Numbered from the stretch's first letter, positions 1 to 13,450 are shown. The stretch is 64,000 nt of DNA from Eledone cirrhosa (GCA_964016885.1 OZ024741.1:219790001-219854000); one strand, 5' to 3'. A program made the numbers and translations. Notes: generated by a model not told the origin, from the letters alone.

Positions 1-244
1 CAACGAAACTAGTTCAATATTCCTTGTCTGGCTTTCTGGAGAATAGGGGGAAGGTGTTCCCCCGAAAAACCAGTATGACTCTAAAAACCGGTTTGTCTGT
101 GTGTTTACATACAGAATAGCTGGGCCGCTCACTGTAAAGCGACCAGTGAAAGACTTGGTACACCTACATATGTATACGTGTGTGTATTCATATACACACT
201 AGTATTTCAGTATGCATATGTAGATGTACATTTTTAACTTAATT

Positions 245-282
<38 letters not shown>

Positions 283-336
283 GAGAGTCTATGGGATCCG
301 TTAATCTATCTTGATATATATATATATATATATATA

Positions 337-494
337 TAACGAAGAAGGTGTGGTAAGATACCAGGTGGAACATAACACACCAGAGTACTCGATACTTAGG
401 GTAGTAGAGTGGGTAATAGGAAAAGATTCTGGACTCCTACAGATCTAGCTGTCAAAACGGCCGGAGCTCAGCCGTGGAGCTCCTGAAACTTTCC
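337..494 (+). mobile_element. Short TA-microsatellite-associated element (family A), degenerate copy
   Basis: Begins AACGAAG directly after (TA)n and shares 'gtggtaaga.accaggtgga..ataac.cacca.agtactc.atacttagggtagtagagtgggtaatagg' with 33049-33243 (+) and 25712-25891 (-). Confidence 0.75.
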
Positions 495-565
495 ATATAT
501 ATACCCTTCTTTTCTTGTGTATATTTTCTTTGCTTTTCCTTCGGAATTACCTAACACACTAAAAG

Positions 566-596
<31 letters not shown>

Positions 597-631
597 CCCC
601 CCCCCCCCCCCCCCCACACACACACACGCAC

Positions 632-728
<97 letters not shown>

Positions 729-1233
729 CACACACATATATTATGATTTGTACTCATGAAAATTATTGCACAACCTTAGTTTTCGTGGTCTGACTGATCT
801 GCATGATCGCAGTCGCTGCCAATCAGCTTTTCATAAGGTATCTATTTACAAAGGTTACTTCGTATTCAATCTCTCACTTCATACACTCACACACACATAC
901 ATAAACACAAACATCTATGCACAAACATACACACATACAGAAACGCTGAAACAGACACTCGCATACAGAGACACATAATATGTATAATACATATACAGAC
1001 ATAAATACACACACATATATACATACATGTAAACACACGCACACACAGGCATACACATAAACACACATACACACACATACAGACACGCATAAAATAATAT
1101 TCGCATACAGAGACACAGACACACATATACAGACACCAACACACACACACATATATATACACATACGCACACACACACGCACGCACACACCCAGGCATAC
1201 ACATAAGCACACATACACATACATACACACACG
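566..1233. repeat. Compound (CA)n/poly-C/(CACG)n and degenerate (CA/TA) microsatellite field
   Basis: Visible directly; explains the CV/HT-repeat ORFs at 468-1294. Confidence 0.95.
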
Positions 1234-1754
1234 CAGTGGCGGACTGGCCAGGTTGCCAGGTTGCCCAATGGCAAGTGGGCGCTAGTGGGCCCACGGTGGC
1301 ATTACGGGGCCCAGTGTAGTATTTTAGGGGCCAATGCTTAACTTAAAAAAAATAGCTAAAGTTTAAGAGAAAGAAATGTTATGGAACACCCACATGATTT
1401 AGAAGTGGACCTTAAGTAGGAGCAATAACTGTTTCTACTTTAGGCACAAGGCCAGCAATTACCCAGTGCATTACTTAGGAACAATAACGTTAAGAAAGAC
1501 ATGACACCACATCAATTTGTTTTGAACATTTTGAAAGTAAGTTTATAGGTATGAATTTTCATGAACTTTCGTAACTGTCTCTGTGGCTTAGCGGTAGGTA
1601 CTAGAGTCGGTGGAGATCCTGGTCTTGGATTCAATACTGCTCAAGAGGTACATGTAATCTTTTTCAGTTTTTATTTTACATACCATAGAAAAAAAAACTG
1701 AAAAGGTTTACTGGGAACCCTACTCCCGACCAGGATCGAACTTCAGACCTGGAT

Positions 1755-3480
1755 CACTTACTTACTTCTACTTGTACTTGTGTCGACACTCATCCTGGAC
1801 GGGTTGAGCCGGCTTCTTTCCTTGTCTTGACGGCATCCCGAACCATGGCAGCCCACGCACGACGGTCCCGGGCTAGGTCACTGGAGATAGCGAGCCAATC
1901 ACGGTTCCATCGGCGCAGGCCGACCACCTGTGGACCTGAGAGTTCGGAGAGGTCCTCCTTGATCGTCGTTGCCCAGGTCTTCAGCTGACCGCCAACGCAC
2001 TTGTGCCAGTTAGGGAGTGGAGGTGGGAGGAGAACATCGCGGATCAGCTCACCCTCAGGGCACCGGGCTGCGTGACCAAACCATCTCAAGCGCCGTTTCA
2101 GAAGCACCAAAGGAAGGGGTCGAAGATTCAGGCGAAGACGAAGACTGGTGGTAGGTACCCGATCAACGCGCCGGCAGCGAAGAATGCGGCGGAGGCAGTT
2201 ATTGTCGAAGACCTCCAGCCCTCGTTGATCGACTACCCTCATAGGCCATGTTTCACAGCCATAGAGGAGGATAGTGCGAACGACGGCCTGGTAGATTCGC
2301 CCTTTGGTCGCCGAGGGGATCTCTCTTCTCTCCCACAGACACCGCTGGAGGCGCCCAAAAGCGGATCTGGCAGCACCTATGCGACGCTTGACCTCGGCTG
2401 CGCCCTGTCCCGTTGGAACCACTGTTGAGCCCAGGTAAACGAAGGACTCTACATCCTCCACGTCCACGCCCTCGAGAGATATTGGCTGCCAGGCATCAGG
2501 CGAGACAAGGGACATCATGATTTTTGACTTGGCGGCATTGATTCGTAGACCAACAGCGGCGGCTGCAGTGTGCACCCTTTCGAGAGCACCTTGTACACCT
2601 GTCCCGTTAGCGCCCATCAACACGATGCCATCCATGTAGGCCAGGTCCGTCATCACGACCCCTCTCCCGACCTCTACGCCCGGGTAATCCCGGAGCGCTG
2701 TGTTGAGAGTGTCGTCAATGGCGTAGTTAAAGAGACTTGGCGATAGCGCACACCCCTGCCGAACACCGGTCCCAACATCGAACGACTCCGTCTCCCCACC
2801 TCACTCGAGCCCGAGTCGACTGGTAGTAGCCTTGTATGAGACGAAGCAGCTTCACTGGGATGCCGTCCGCCTGCATTATACGCCATAGGGCTCCCCCGAT
2901 CTACCGAGTCGAAGGCAGCTGCAAAGTCGATGAAGCAGAGGACGGTAGGCTGTTGATGTGCCCACCGTTGTTCCAAGACACGCCGGAGAATGAAGAATTG
3001 ATCAACCCCCCCCCCCCCCCCCGGACGGAAGCCGCCCTGAGAAGGACGGGTACAGACATCACGGATGGCCTGGAACCTCTTCAGCAGAAGAATTATGAAG
3101 GTCTTGGCAGTAACGTTAATTAAACTGATACCCCTGTAGTTGGAACACAGTTTCCTGTCGCTCTTTTTGAAGAAGGGTAGGAGAGTTACCTCGCTCCAGT
3201 CACCAGGGAACCGCTCCGTCGCCCACACCGCGGCGAAGACTCGATGTAGCCAAGCTGCGAAGACATCAGGCTCGGCCTTGTAGACCTCAGCTGGATCGTC
3301 TCGCTGATACCCGTACTGCTTCGGCTGGCCCGCTTCACCAGTTGGTAGAACTTGCTCGAGTCAACACAAGCTGATGCTCTCGCCGTGCTCCGCAAACTCG
3401 CGCCAGTGTGCATTCCGATCGGCCCGATAGCCCGAGATGTGCGACGACCTGCATCACCACCGTCTATGATTCCTCCAACT
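1755..3480 (-). mobile_element. 5'-truncated, frameshifted RTE-clade LINE (RT domain and C-terminus) with short tandem 3' tail
   Basis: ORFs 2674-3228 and 1790-2656 give CSNYRGISL, QGGFRPG, FIDFAAAFDSVDR, DLAYMDGI (degenerate YADD), FVYLGS, LLYGCETW, LRWFGH. Tail 'acttacttacttctacttgtacttg' at about 1757-1780 is RTE-typical. Visibly more GC-rich than the flanks. Confidence 0.92.
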
Positions 3481-3608
3481 AGGCCGCCGAGACGGCTACA
3501 AAACTATAATAAAAATTAATAATTATAAACCTACCTTAAAAAAGTTAAAAATATGTGGTGCCGTTCATGACTTTACTAGAGCCATTAGTCATATTTAGGG
3601 TTGACTTG

Positions 3609-3645
3609 TCAATCTTCTGGCTCTTTGGTGACAACCTTATTATTC
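3609..3645 (-). CDS. Candidate terminal coding exon of minus-strand host gene ((K)NNKVVTKEPED*)
   Basis: catag|g acceptor at 3646/3645; phase 2 matches the exon at 4119-4319; TGA at 3611-3609. The polypyrimidine tract is weak. Confidence 0.4.
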
Positions 3646-4118
3646 CTATGTGTGTTTAACTGTTGAATTAATTTAATTTGATTATTTTAACAAACAAATT
3701 ATATATTTGTCCACTGACAATATTGACAACACCCCAAAAGATTAATAACTGATAATCCACTCCCCTTTGTTAAACAATAATAATGGTTTATTTATTTATT
3801 TATTTATTTATTTAATATTTATTTATTGTTAAACAATAATAATAATAATAATTGTTTCTACTTTAAGCACCAGGTCAGCAATTTGAAGGGAAAGGGAAAT
3901 TCGATTAAATTGACCTAAGTGTATTACTGGTACTTTATTTTATCGTCCCTGTAAGGATGAAAGGCAAAGTTAACCTCGGCGGGATTTGAACTCAGATTAT
4001 AAAGGGCCGTAACTCTATGCTGAAAAGCGTGGCGTCCGACCCGCTACCGATGCTGCCAATCCACCGACAATATTGACAACACGACAGTCTCCAAATATAA
4101 CAAAGAAATATATCTTAC

Positions 4119-4319
4119 TTGCTGAAGACACAATCTGGACTGGCTGGGATGCTACGTGACCATACCATGATCTTATTCATCAAATCGTTTTGATTCAACG
4201 AAGTAAAATTTGATGATTTTCTGTTCAATTGGTATCCATTTCGTATCATCTGCATGAAGTTACCACATTTTTCTGTGTGGTTCTCCATCACGGTAGATTT
4301 ACTGGTACATAACTGACCC
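4119..4319 (-). CDS. Candidate 201-bp internal exon of host gene
   Basis: Strong acceptor ttttttcttttggcag| and donor |gtaagat. One frame (phase 2-2) is open throughout: GQLCTSKSTVMENHTEKCGNFMQMIRNGYQLNRKSSNFTSLNQNDLMNKIMVWSRSIPASPDCVFS. Non-repetitive sequence. Confidence 0.6.
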
Positions 4320-4403
4320 CTGCCAAAAGAAAAAAAGTGGAATATATGATAGTAGTTTTTAAAAAGTGTTAGTTTTTTGTTTAAATCTAGGTTTCTATTT
4401 CTG

Positions 4404-4730
4404 GCGAGGCCAAACTCTCCAAGTTCCGGTCGCTCTCCGACAGGTTCGTGGTCGTGCCCTTGGCAGTGGAAACTTCTGGTGTCCTTGGCCCTAGGGCTAC
4501 CTCCCTATTCACCACCATAGGCGCTGAGCTAGCCAGCCGCAGGTGTGAGCCTCACGAGTTGGAATGGCTCTTCCAGCAGATCTCTCTTACCATCCCCCGA
4601 GGAAACACCTTCTCCATCTTGCCCGCCGGGGCTGTGGGGAGGCCAGCACCTGGGACCCCATTTCTCACCATACGGATTAATAGGCAAAGTTATGAACTAT
4701 TGTAAATAAATGTTTTTTAAATAAAAAAAA
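4404..4730 (+). mobile_element. 3' fragment of CRE-like non-LTR retrotransposon (restriction-like endonuclease C-terminus) with 3' UTR and A-rich tail
   Basis: VPLAVETSGVLGP...WLFQQISLTIPRGNTFSIL matches the CRE-clade 'P.AVET.G.WG...QRISIAIQRGNA' motif; aataaa plus an A-run at about 4705-4731. Confidence 0.75.
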
Positions 4731-5854
4731 ATAACGTCAAGAACTGGATAATAACCAGCAATTCAAAATGGGGTGCCGTGAGGCAGGGAGGCATTATATT
4801 GACTTCAGTACTTAACTGGTACTTTATTTTATCGACCTCCGAATAACGGAAGGCAAAGTTGACTACTGTTGGATACGAATTCAGAACGTAAAGGGCCGTA
4901 ACTTAATGCTGCAAAGTATTTTGTTCGGCGCTCTACCAATTCTGCTATTCTACTACTTTTTGTAAAAATAATTGTTTCTACTTTTGGCACAAGGCCAGCA
5001 ATTATCCCAGTATATCATTAGTACGTTATTTTATCGACCCCGTAAGGGATTTGAACTCAGACCATAAAGGACCGTAACTCTTTGCTGCAAAGCATGGTGT
5101 CAGACCCTCTACCGATACTGCCAATCCACAAAATAATGATTTCAGCCAAGAAAACTGGAAGCGCGGTAGGGGGGGGGGGTGTCGTCAATGAAATTTAAAG
5201 TCGAATCTAGCAAGAATTAAACTCAGAATATAAAGGGATGTAATTAAGCACCACAAAAATATTCTGTTCGGTGATCTACAGCTTCTCACACCCACACCAT
5301 TCGTTTTACCTAAATAATTGTTTCTACTTTTGGCACAAGGCCATCAATTACCCAGTACATTACTGGTACTTTATTTTATCGACCCTGTAAGGATGAAAGG
5401 CAAAGTTAACCTCGGCGAGATTTGAACTCAGACCGTAAAGGGAGGACGTAACTATGCTGGAAAGCATGGCGTCCGACTCTCTACCGATACTGCCAATCCA
5501 CACCCGTTTTACCTAAATAATGGTTTCTGATTTAGGCATAAGGTTAACAATTTTTGGGGAAAGGGAAAGTCGATTAAATCGACCCCAGTGCATTACTGGT
5601 ACTTTAATGGTGTCTACGGTTGGCAACAGGATACTAATTGAGGTAAGTGGGGCATGACAGAGGAACAGTCGAATATATCAACCCCAGTACTTGATGATAG
5701 GACTGGGGTCCCTATCATTAAGTTATCCAAGATACTTTCAACGAGATATACCCTGCAGGAGGCCAGCTAAACCTGCATAGGTGTGAGCTGTCATAGTACT
5801 TGATTGAGACTTTATTTTATCATGAAAGAGGAACAGATGACTCTATCAACTCTA

Positions 5855-7290
5855 GTACTTGGTTAGTACTTCATTTTATGATGGAGTCTTGGTTGGTACT
5901 TTATTTCACCATGGAGTATTGGTTGGTACTTTATTTCACCATGGGGTCTTGGCTGGTACTTTATTTCACCATGGAGACTTGGTTGGTACTTTATTCCATC
6001 TTAGAGTCTTGGCTGGTACTTAATTTCATCATGTAGTATGGGTTGGTACTTTATTTCATCATGTAGTATGGGTTGGTACTTTATTTCATCATGGAGTATT
6101 GGTTGGTAGTTTATTTCATCATGGACTCTTGGTTGGTACTTTATTTCATCATGGAGTCTTGGTTCCTACTTTATTTCATCATAGAGACTTGGTTGGGACT
6201 TTATTTCATCATGGAGTCTTGGCTGGTATTTTATTTCACCATGGAGTCTTGGTTGGTACTTTATTTCACCATGGAGTATTGGTTGGTACTTTATTTCACC
6301 ACGGATTCTTGATTGGTACTTTATTTCATCATGGAGTATTGACTGGTACTTTATTTCATCATGGAGTCTTGGTTGGTACTTTATTTCATGATGGAGTCTT
6401 GGTTGGTACTTTATTTCACCATGGAGTATTGGTTGGTACTTTATTTCATCATGTAGTATGGGTTGGTACTTTATTTCATCATAGAGTTTTGGTTGGTAGT
6501 TTATTTCATCATGGACTCTTGGTTGGTACTTTATTTCATCATGGACTCTGGTTGGTACTTTATTTCATCATGGACTCTTGGTTGGTACTTTATTTCATCA
6601 TGGACTATTGGTGGTACTTTATTTCATCATGGACTATTGGTTGGTACTTTATTTCATCATAGATACTTGGTTGGGACTTTATTCCATCATGGAGTCTTGG
6701 TTGGTACTTTACTTCACCATGGAGTATTGGTTGGTACTTTATTTCACCACAGAGTCTTGGTTGGTACTTTATTTCATCATGGAGTATTGGCTGGTACTTT
6801 ATTTCATCATGGAGTATTGGTTTGTGCTTTATTTCACAATGGAATCTTGGTTGGTACTTTATTTCCCTATGTACTATTGTTTGGCACTTTATTTCATCAT
6901 GGAGTCTTGGCCGGTACTTTATTTCATCACGGAATCTTGGCTGGTACCTTTATTTTACCATGGAGTCTTGACTGGTACTTTATTTCACCATGGAGTCTTG
7001 TTTGGTACTTTATTACATCATGGAGTCTTGACTGGTACTTTATTCCATCATGGATTCTTGTTTGGTATATTATTTCATCACGGAGTCTTAGTTGGTACTT
7101 TATTTTATCATGGAGTCTTGATTGGTACTTTATTTCATCATGGAGTCTTGGTTGGTACTTTATTTCATCATGGAGTATTGGTCTCTTCTTTATTTCTCCA
7201 TGGAGTCTTGACTGGTACTTTATTTCATCATGGAGTATTGGTTGGTACTTTATTTCATCATGGAGTATTGGCTGGTACTTTATTTCAACA
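5855..7290. repeat. 30-bp minisatellite (about 48 copies), consensus ggagtcttggttggtactttatttcatcat
   Basis: Exact 30-nt periodicity visible in the 60-nt lines; produces the GVLVGTLFHH / WLVLYFIMES ORFs. Confidence 0.97.
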
Positions 7291-8209
7291 CGGATGAGAA
7301 ATAGACGACTATATCAACCCCAGTCCTTGACTGGTACTTTATTTTATTGAGACAAAATAATAAATTTCGAATTTGCGGTATCATCAGTGGGGATTTCATG
7401 AATGATTTAACAACCTCGTGAAGTCAGAAGGAGGATTTTGAGTGAAGTTTGCGAAAGATAAAGTTGATATTACAGAGTTGGATGCAGTTTAACCATTTAA
7501 CATTTACATTATTGTAAATATACTATTGTATTTTCATGGTAAATACTTACCTTACATACTTATCTCACATAATATCAAATCTATGAGATTTTGATATTAC
7601 TTATTTAGAGAACAATACCTTAAAATGAGTTTAAGTGGCCAGTTACAGCCGGTTTAAACAGAAAGAGGTAAGAGTATTCGGGCCGGATATGGCTAGTTTA
7701 AAAGCTAAATTATTTAAACAGAGAAGAGGGCAAGGGTGTGTCATTTAGGAAAGGTAAGGCTGTGGTTTCAGGTAAATGGATAAGACATCCACAGGGTTTC
7801 GGAAGAGAGAATGAATAGCCTAGAACAAAGGTTCTCAACCCATTTCGGCCCCCTTTTGCCCCTCGAAATCACGAAACGCCCCCTACCCTATTTTTCCATT
7901 GTTCAATATGCTACTGATTTTGATATCAGTAGATTACTGGACCAAATCAAGTTATGTTAGAATCTTTAAAAAATACTCGTACGAATTAAATACGAAAAAG
8001 TTTCAGTCCAAAACAAAAGCAAGCTATTTCAAATTATATATTTTTGAAAAATAGACGTGAATGTTCTCAAAGATTTGATCTCAGTCGAAAATGCTTTTTT
8101 TTTAAATTTCTATATTTCACTGTTAGCTGTTGTAATATTTTGAGTGGATAGACAATTCTACAATTCAAACTGTAAATACAAAAGATGCAAAATATGAAGA
8201 ATTTCTTAC

Positions 8210-8247
8210 CTTTCTCTGAAATCACAAACTCAGGGGAAAAATAGTAC
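8210..8247 (-). CDS. Candidate 38-bp exon of host gene ((R)YYFSPEFVISEK)
   Basis: ttttattttgcaag| acceptor and aaag|gtaagaa donor; its phase-2 start matches the phase-2 end of the signal-peptide exon. Confidence 0.45.
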
Positions 8248-8834
8248 CTTGCAAAATAAAATACCTCGTAGCAAAATAAAATACTTAGTAGCAACGAATG
8301 AATTGAGAAGCTTGATGACAGTGAGAAAGCATTATCTGTATTCCATAGCTATATTCATACACACACACACATACATACACACACACACAAACTTGTGTGT
8401 GTGTGCCTTGGCTTTGGTACAGAAAGAATTTTGTCTCCAGTTTTTATTGCCAGGTCAAATGCCACTGCTCTTTTCAACAACGCCAAATAACAACGCCATA
8501 TATGTATACAACGCTTTGTTTTCGACCACAGCCGAAATTCGATCTCGCTGTATTAATCTCCCGGGTCTAGCAATTAACCAGTTAATTTTATTACATAATT
8601 CTATTGACTGATTAATTGCTTAAGTTTATTTTAAAAACTACGCGGTCGAGAGCTTAATTCGATTTGTGCAGTTTTTGCAAATATTGCATTAATTTTACAC
8701 TTACTGAATTCATCTGCCAAAATCTGGGGTTTTCTCCCTTGCAGAGTTACACACGTGATTTTTTTTACGACTACATACTACTGCATAATCCTGCATGCTG
8801 GCGTAGAACAAAATACCTGTTTACGAAGTACACG

Positions 8835-8920
<86 letters not shown>

Positions 8921-8921
<1 letters not shown>

Positions 8922-9670
8922 GGCACATCGAATGTGCTCAGGCGCTCACAGTCCTCTGGCAAACGGACCCGGCGATCAGTGGAAACTTCATTTCGTAATT
9001 CTATAGAGGGTTGGTCCGCAGAGGAGGACGAACTAGCCAAACTGTTCGGTAGGACCTTCCGCCCGGGACCGATGGACAACTTCCAAAAGTCCCTGGCCTG
9101 GCAGTGCTACCGAGGAGCTCTACCAGTTCGAGACAAGCTCTAGACACGGGCGCCCGGGTAGGGACCCTTCGAAAAAGATCTGTCCGAGATGCGTGCGCGA
9201 CGAGGAAACCGTCGCGCACGCATTTATACACTGCCCGGGCGTTACCGACCTGTGGGGCTATGTAGAACGACTTTTGTCGCGGATGGGACCGATCCAGTTG
9301 ACAACCGAGTCAATTGTCATGATCAAACCGCCACCCTCCTTCAAAAACGAGGTAGAGGCGGTTTTCCTATGTGACAAATCCAGGTGACTGCCGAGTCCAT
9401 AGTAAGGATAAAACCGCCAGCCTCTTTCAATAACGAAAGAGAGGCGGTTTTCCTCTGTACAGTGGCTATGGTGAAAGAAGTTATATGGTGGACGAGATTG
9501 AGAGGACTGAGGACAGATGGCTTTCTCTCCGGACAACAATTGATTCCCTTCTTTAAGTATCACTTTAGAAGGAGAATCAGAGTTGGAGAGAGAGGCACTG
9601 CACTCCAGTAAATTTACTGAAAGGTGGGGGAATGAAGTGAAAATGTCCCGAGTAATTGGGCCTTCTCTGT
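8921..9670 (+). mobile_element. 5'-truncated Tx1/L1-clade fragment immediately after (TCTA)n (8835-8921)
   Basis: Near-identical to 62832-63520; encodes the CPRCVRDEETVAHAFIHC zinc knuckle. Confidence 0.9.
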
Positions 9671-9755
9671 TTATATGTACGTATGTATGTATGTACGTAT
9701 GTATGGATGTATGTATATATACAACTTAATTTTAGGTTTAATCAATACATATAAA

Positions 9756-10615
9756 ATATGTAGAGATAATGTTTGTCAGAAAAAGCTCAATAATCTTTTG
9801 TTTAGAACATCAATAAAATAAAATCATTTTAAACGATATAACTATATATTAATGTTCGGTCAGTATTCCGTGTGTCATAATTCTCGATTATCATTGGTTC
9901 ATAGGTTTCAAATACTCCGCCCACCTCAACGACGCCAAACTGAAATTAATATGCATAATGCCAATGAGGGAGTGAGAGGGGGAGTGTGTGAACGCTGTGT
10001 TCAATAACTATTAACATGTGATAATACTGATTATACTGATTATCAGTATTCATTTCGAGCAATTGTCAAAAATTGACACAATAATAAATATAAAACATGT
10101 CTGTCAATGTAAAAAAAGGTCCCTATTTACTCCCTTCACAACTCTGTGTATGTTAGACTGACAGACAGACACACAGACAGATAAACTGCGTGGCAATTGT
10201 GGAACGCCACACGCATACACGCATGGAAACGCGCACACGCACGCAAACTTACACACGCACACACTCACACATGTTGATAGTTTTTACTTTCTGTGGAACG
10301 CTGCACGCACGCACACACACATAAACATACAAGCACGTACTTACACACGCACACATGTTAATAGTTATTGAACACAGCGTTCACACACTCCCCTCTCACT
10401 CCCTCATTGGCATTATGCATATTAATTTCAGTTTGGCGTCGTTGAGGTGGGTGGAGTATTTGAAACCTATGAACCAATGATAATCGAGAATTATGACACA
10501 CGGAATACTGACCGAACATTAATATATAGTTATATCGTTTAAAATGATTTTATTTTATTGATGTTCTAAACAAAAGATTGTTGAGCTTTTTCTGACAAAC
10601 ATTATCTCTACATAT
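9756..10615. repeat. Long inverted repeat, about 264-bp arms (9756-10020 / 10352-10615), followed by a hairpin at 10618-10670
   Basis: Arms are reverse complements with only a few differences; preceded by a Helitron-like 5' end A|TCAATACATATAAAA at 9742. Confidence 0.92.
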
Positions 10616-10765
10616 CTGTTAGAACACGAAAAGTGTGAAACAACAGAATGTTCACTTTTCGTGTTCTAACATATATGCCTAACTTCTTCATAAATTTTCC
10701 GGGGATAGCCGTGGTGGTGGTGATCGTATGTCATTGGCTAATTTTCAACCAATCAGAGTAAGTGT

Positions 10766-10813
<48 letters not shown>

Positions 10814-10814
10814 T

Positions 10815-11185
10815 ATTCCCCCTCTCTCTATATATATCTTACGCTTTCGCTTTACACTCCTCCCCTTCAATAACACATTTCCCCCTCTCTATATATCTCT
10901 TATACTGTTACACTTATATTTCCATTTATTTATTACCCCCTCTCTCTATATCTCTTCCACTGTTACTTACGCCTGTTTCTCTCTATCTGTTCCGTCTCTA
11001 TATATATCTCTCTTACTCTTTCGCTTTGCACTCCTCCCCTTCAATACCATCTCTCCCCCTCTCTATATATTTGTTACTCTATCGCTGCACGCTCCTCTCC
11101 TTCAATATATCAATTACACACTTACGCTTTACACTCCTTTATCCCCAGCGCCCCTATAAATACACCCCCCCCCCCGCATCTATAT
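10815..11185. repeat. Degenerate pyrimidine-rich minisatellite (ccccctctctatatatctcttac...)
   Basis: The motif recurs several times after (TA)n. Confidence 0.7.
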
Positions 11186-12205
11186 TTTAATGTTCCGTTG
11201 CACCGTGAATATATGTGTCTATATATATATACATATATATTGTATATACACATTCATGTATGTGTATACACACTCATGTATGTATATACACTGGTTTTAT
11301 GTGTGTATTGTAAATTTGTACTGTTAAACACGAAACTAACATTCGATTGACACTTTGATTATCTGTACATGCAATAGTTATTAGAATGCTGTTGAAGTGT
11401 GTATATATTTTTGGGGGACATCCTGTATATACACACATTATATATAATACAATAAACAGATAAATACACACATATATATATGAGCTTATTTAATTATAAA
11501 TATTGTGAATTTTTAACTCAGTTCAATTATATATATAAATGGCTTCTACAGGACTAGAACTGTTTCATTCGAAAGAAATCATCATAATATTGAGAGGGGG
11601 GACTAGATAAAATATTTCAAATCAAATGTGTATAAGTTATAAGTTAAAATGTATAAATAGAGACGATAGTGGAGGTATATCTGTTTAGTGGAACAGTAGA
11701 CGATAGAATTAAATACAGACGAGAATCTCCCTTTAATGAAACAGCAGACGATAGAATTAAGGCAATTTAAATTTTAAGCATTTGCATTTTTGCCTTTCAT
11801 CGTTACGGGGTCGATAAAATAAAGTACCAGTAATACACTGTCACTATAAGTAGACGACTTTCAAATTGAATTGTTGGTTCCATTTCTTTAGTATTTTCAA
11901 TTGTAGTTATCTACTTAAAAAGCGTTACACGGTTAGAGACATAATTGGTAAGTTATATCTTCCCTATTAAACCATTGCATTATTTCGCCTACAATAGAAC
12001 AAAAATGAAATGTTCTTTAAAGAAACAGGAATATAACTTTAAAAAAAAAAAGTTGCATCCGCTTCTTTTATCATTGATAATTTTTTCGTTTTAATATTAA
12101 TTGTTTTTTGTAGTTGTTTATATTAAAAATCTTACTGTAATATTTACTTAAACGAAGGCAGACATCTAAACTTATAGATTAATCTTGAGCGAAGGACTAG
12201 ATAAA

Positions 12206-12280
<75 letters not shown>

Positions 12281-12284
<4 letters not shown>

Positions 12285-12494
12285 GAAGAATGATAAAATT
12301 TCAAGCAAAGAGTTTAAGTAGGTAATGACTTACAAATTTGTTTCAGTATATATTTAATATAATATTAATATATTTTGTAATATTATTAACTAATTATTAT
12401 AATTAGCGCTTCAGGCTTTGTCTATATACTGAAACAAATTTGTAAGTCATTACCTAATTAAACTCTTTGCTTGAAATTTTATCACTCTTCGTTT
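12281..12494. repeat. Foldback with about 72-bp arms abutting (TA)n; carries the 3' half of a hammerhead core
   Basis: 12281-12352 is the reverse complement of 12423-12494; contains GAAA-CA-aatt-TG-TA-agtc; ends in AACGAAG. Confidence 0.85.
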
Positions 12495-12773
12495 TGAATT
12501 TCTCCTAAGTATTCAATACTCTGTTGAGAAATACATTTTACATAAACAGTCTTTGTACCATTTATACGGTATTAATTACTTATATTTATATATATATATA
12601 TATATAGCGTATGATTAGAACTGTGTTTATTATTAATATCTTAATGGATTTAATGAAAAATTTTAGGTGTTCATATATATATTCTAAAAATGCGCGAAAT
12701 CGTGAATCCGCGATAGTTGAACCGCCAAGTAGCGAGGTATCACTGTATATATGTTTAAATATATAGTGTAGCT

Positions 12774-13238
12774 GTGATGTATCTCGCGAGTGAATCGAGA
12801 CCTGTCACTGATTTTGGTGTCCCCACTGCCGATGTGAATGAGCAACGCTGCACTTGTGAATTGGGTCTTGATGTTGCAGGCAGTTCATATACTTACAATG
12901 ATGCGGTCCCACAAGCTTGTTCACATTCCTGTGCTAATAATCTAGATGGGCGTATTAAATTGGATGTGAAAGCAGCTTACCGGATGCGGAATCGGGAGAA
13001 GTTGAGACAAAAACAGGCCGATTATAGAGCTGTGAATTTTGCTAAATTAACACAAAAACAGGCCAAGTATAGATGTTCAAAACGGTATGAGTTGGCAAAC
13101 ATGCAGGCCAAGTATAGATCTGCAAATTCAGCTATTATATCTCAAAAGCAAGCCGAGCGTAGAGCTTCTAAACGTACCGAGTTGGCTAAAGAGCAGACCA
13201 AGTACAGATCTGCAAATATCTTATTGCACAAACAATAA
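12774..13238 (+). pseudogene. ORF with 15-aa basic repeats (QAKYR...), probably the N-terminal repeat region of a Helitron-type transposase relic
   Basis: QADYRAVNFAKLTQK/QAKYRCSKRYELANM/QAKYRSANSAIISQK/QAERRASKRTELAKE/QTKYRSAN. The family assignment is inference only. Confidence 0.4.
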
Positions 13239-13450
13239 TTCTGCACAAATGTTGCTCCATTATTAGATCTAATGTTGCGACGATACAGTTAAATGTTGTC
13301 TGTGTATTTTAAAAAAGATTTGCTTATAATCTTTTCAAATTTCATTACGCCAATGATTCAAGCTCAAATTGACATTATCTAAAAAATTGTACAAACAGCG
13401 GTGGATTAGCAGTAGTGAACAGATAAATCAGTCAATTTATTAAGATTGAC

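Larger units (their letters stand above)
3849..5607 (-). mobile_element. Cluster of tRNA-derived SINE copies (about 3849-4065, 4790-4950, 4968-5128, 5195-5295, 5314-5500, 5518-5607)
   Basis: Minus strand reads GGTGGATTGGCAGTATCGGTAG (A box)...GAGTTCAAATCC (B box)...GCCTTTCATCCTTACGGGGTCGATAAAATAAAGTACCAG (Meta-SINE-like central domain)...GTGCC(T/A)AAAGTAGAAACAATTATT tail. Confidence 0.9.

Noticed and set aside
5800-7350. Long ORFs with GVLVGTLFHH / WLVLYFIMES repeats
   Set aside because: They are translations of a 30-bp SINE-derived minisatellite, open in several frames with frameshifts and no gene signals.
7551-7618. 68-bp minus-strand exon with a strong donor
   Set aside because: It has stops in all three frames; only a speculative 25-nt sub-exon (7556-7580) fits.
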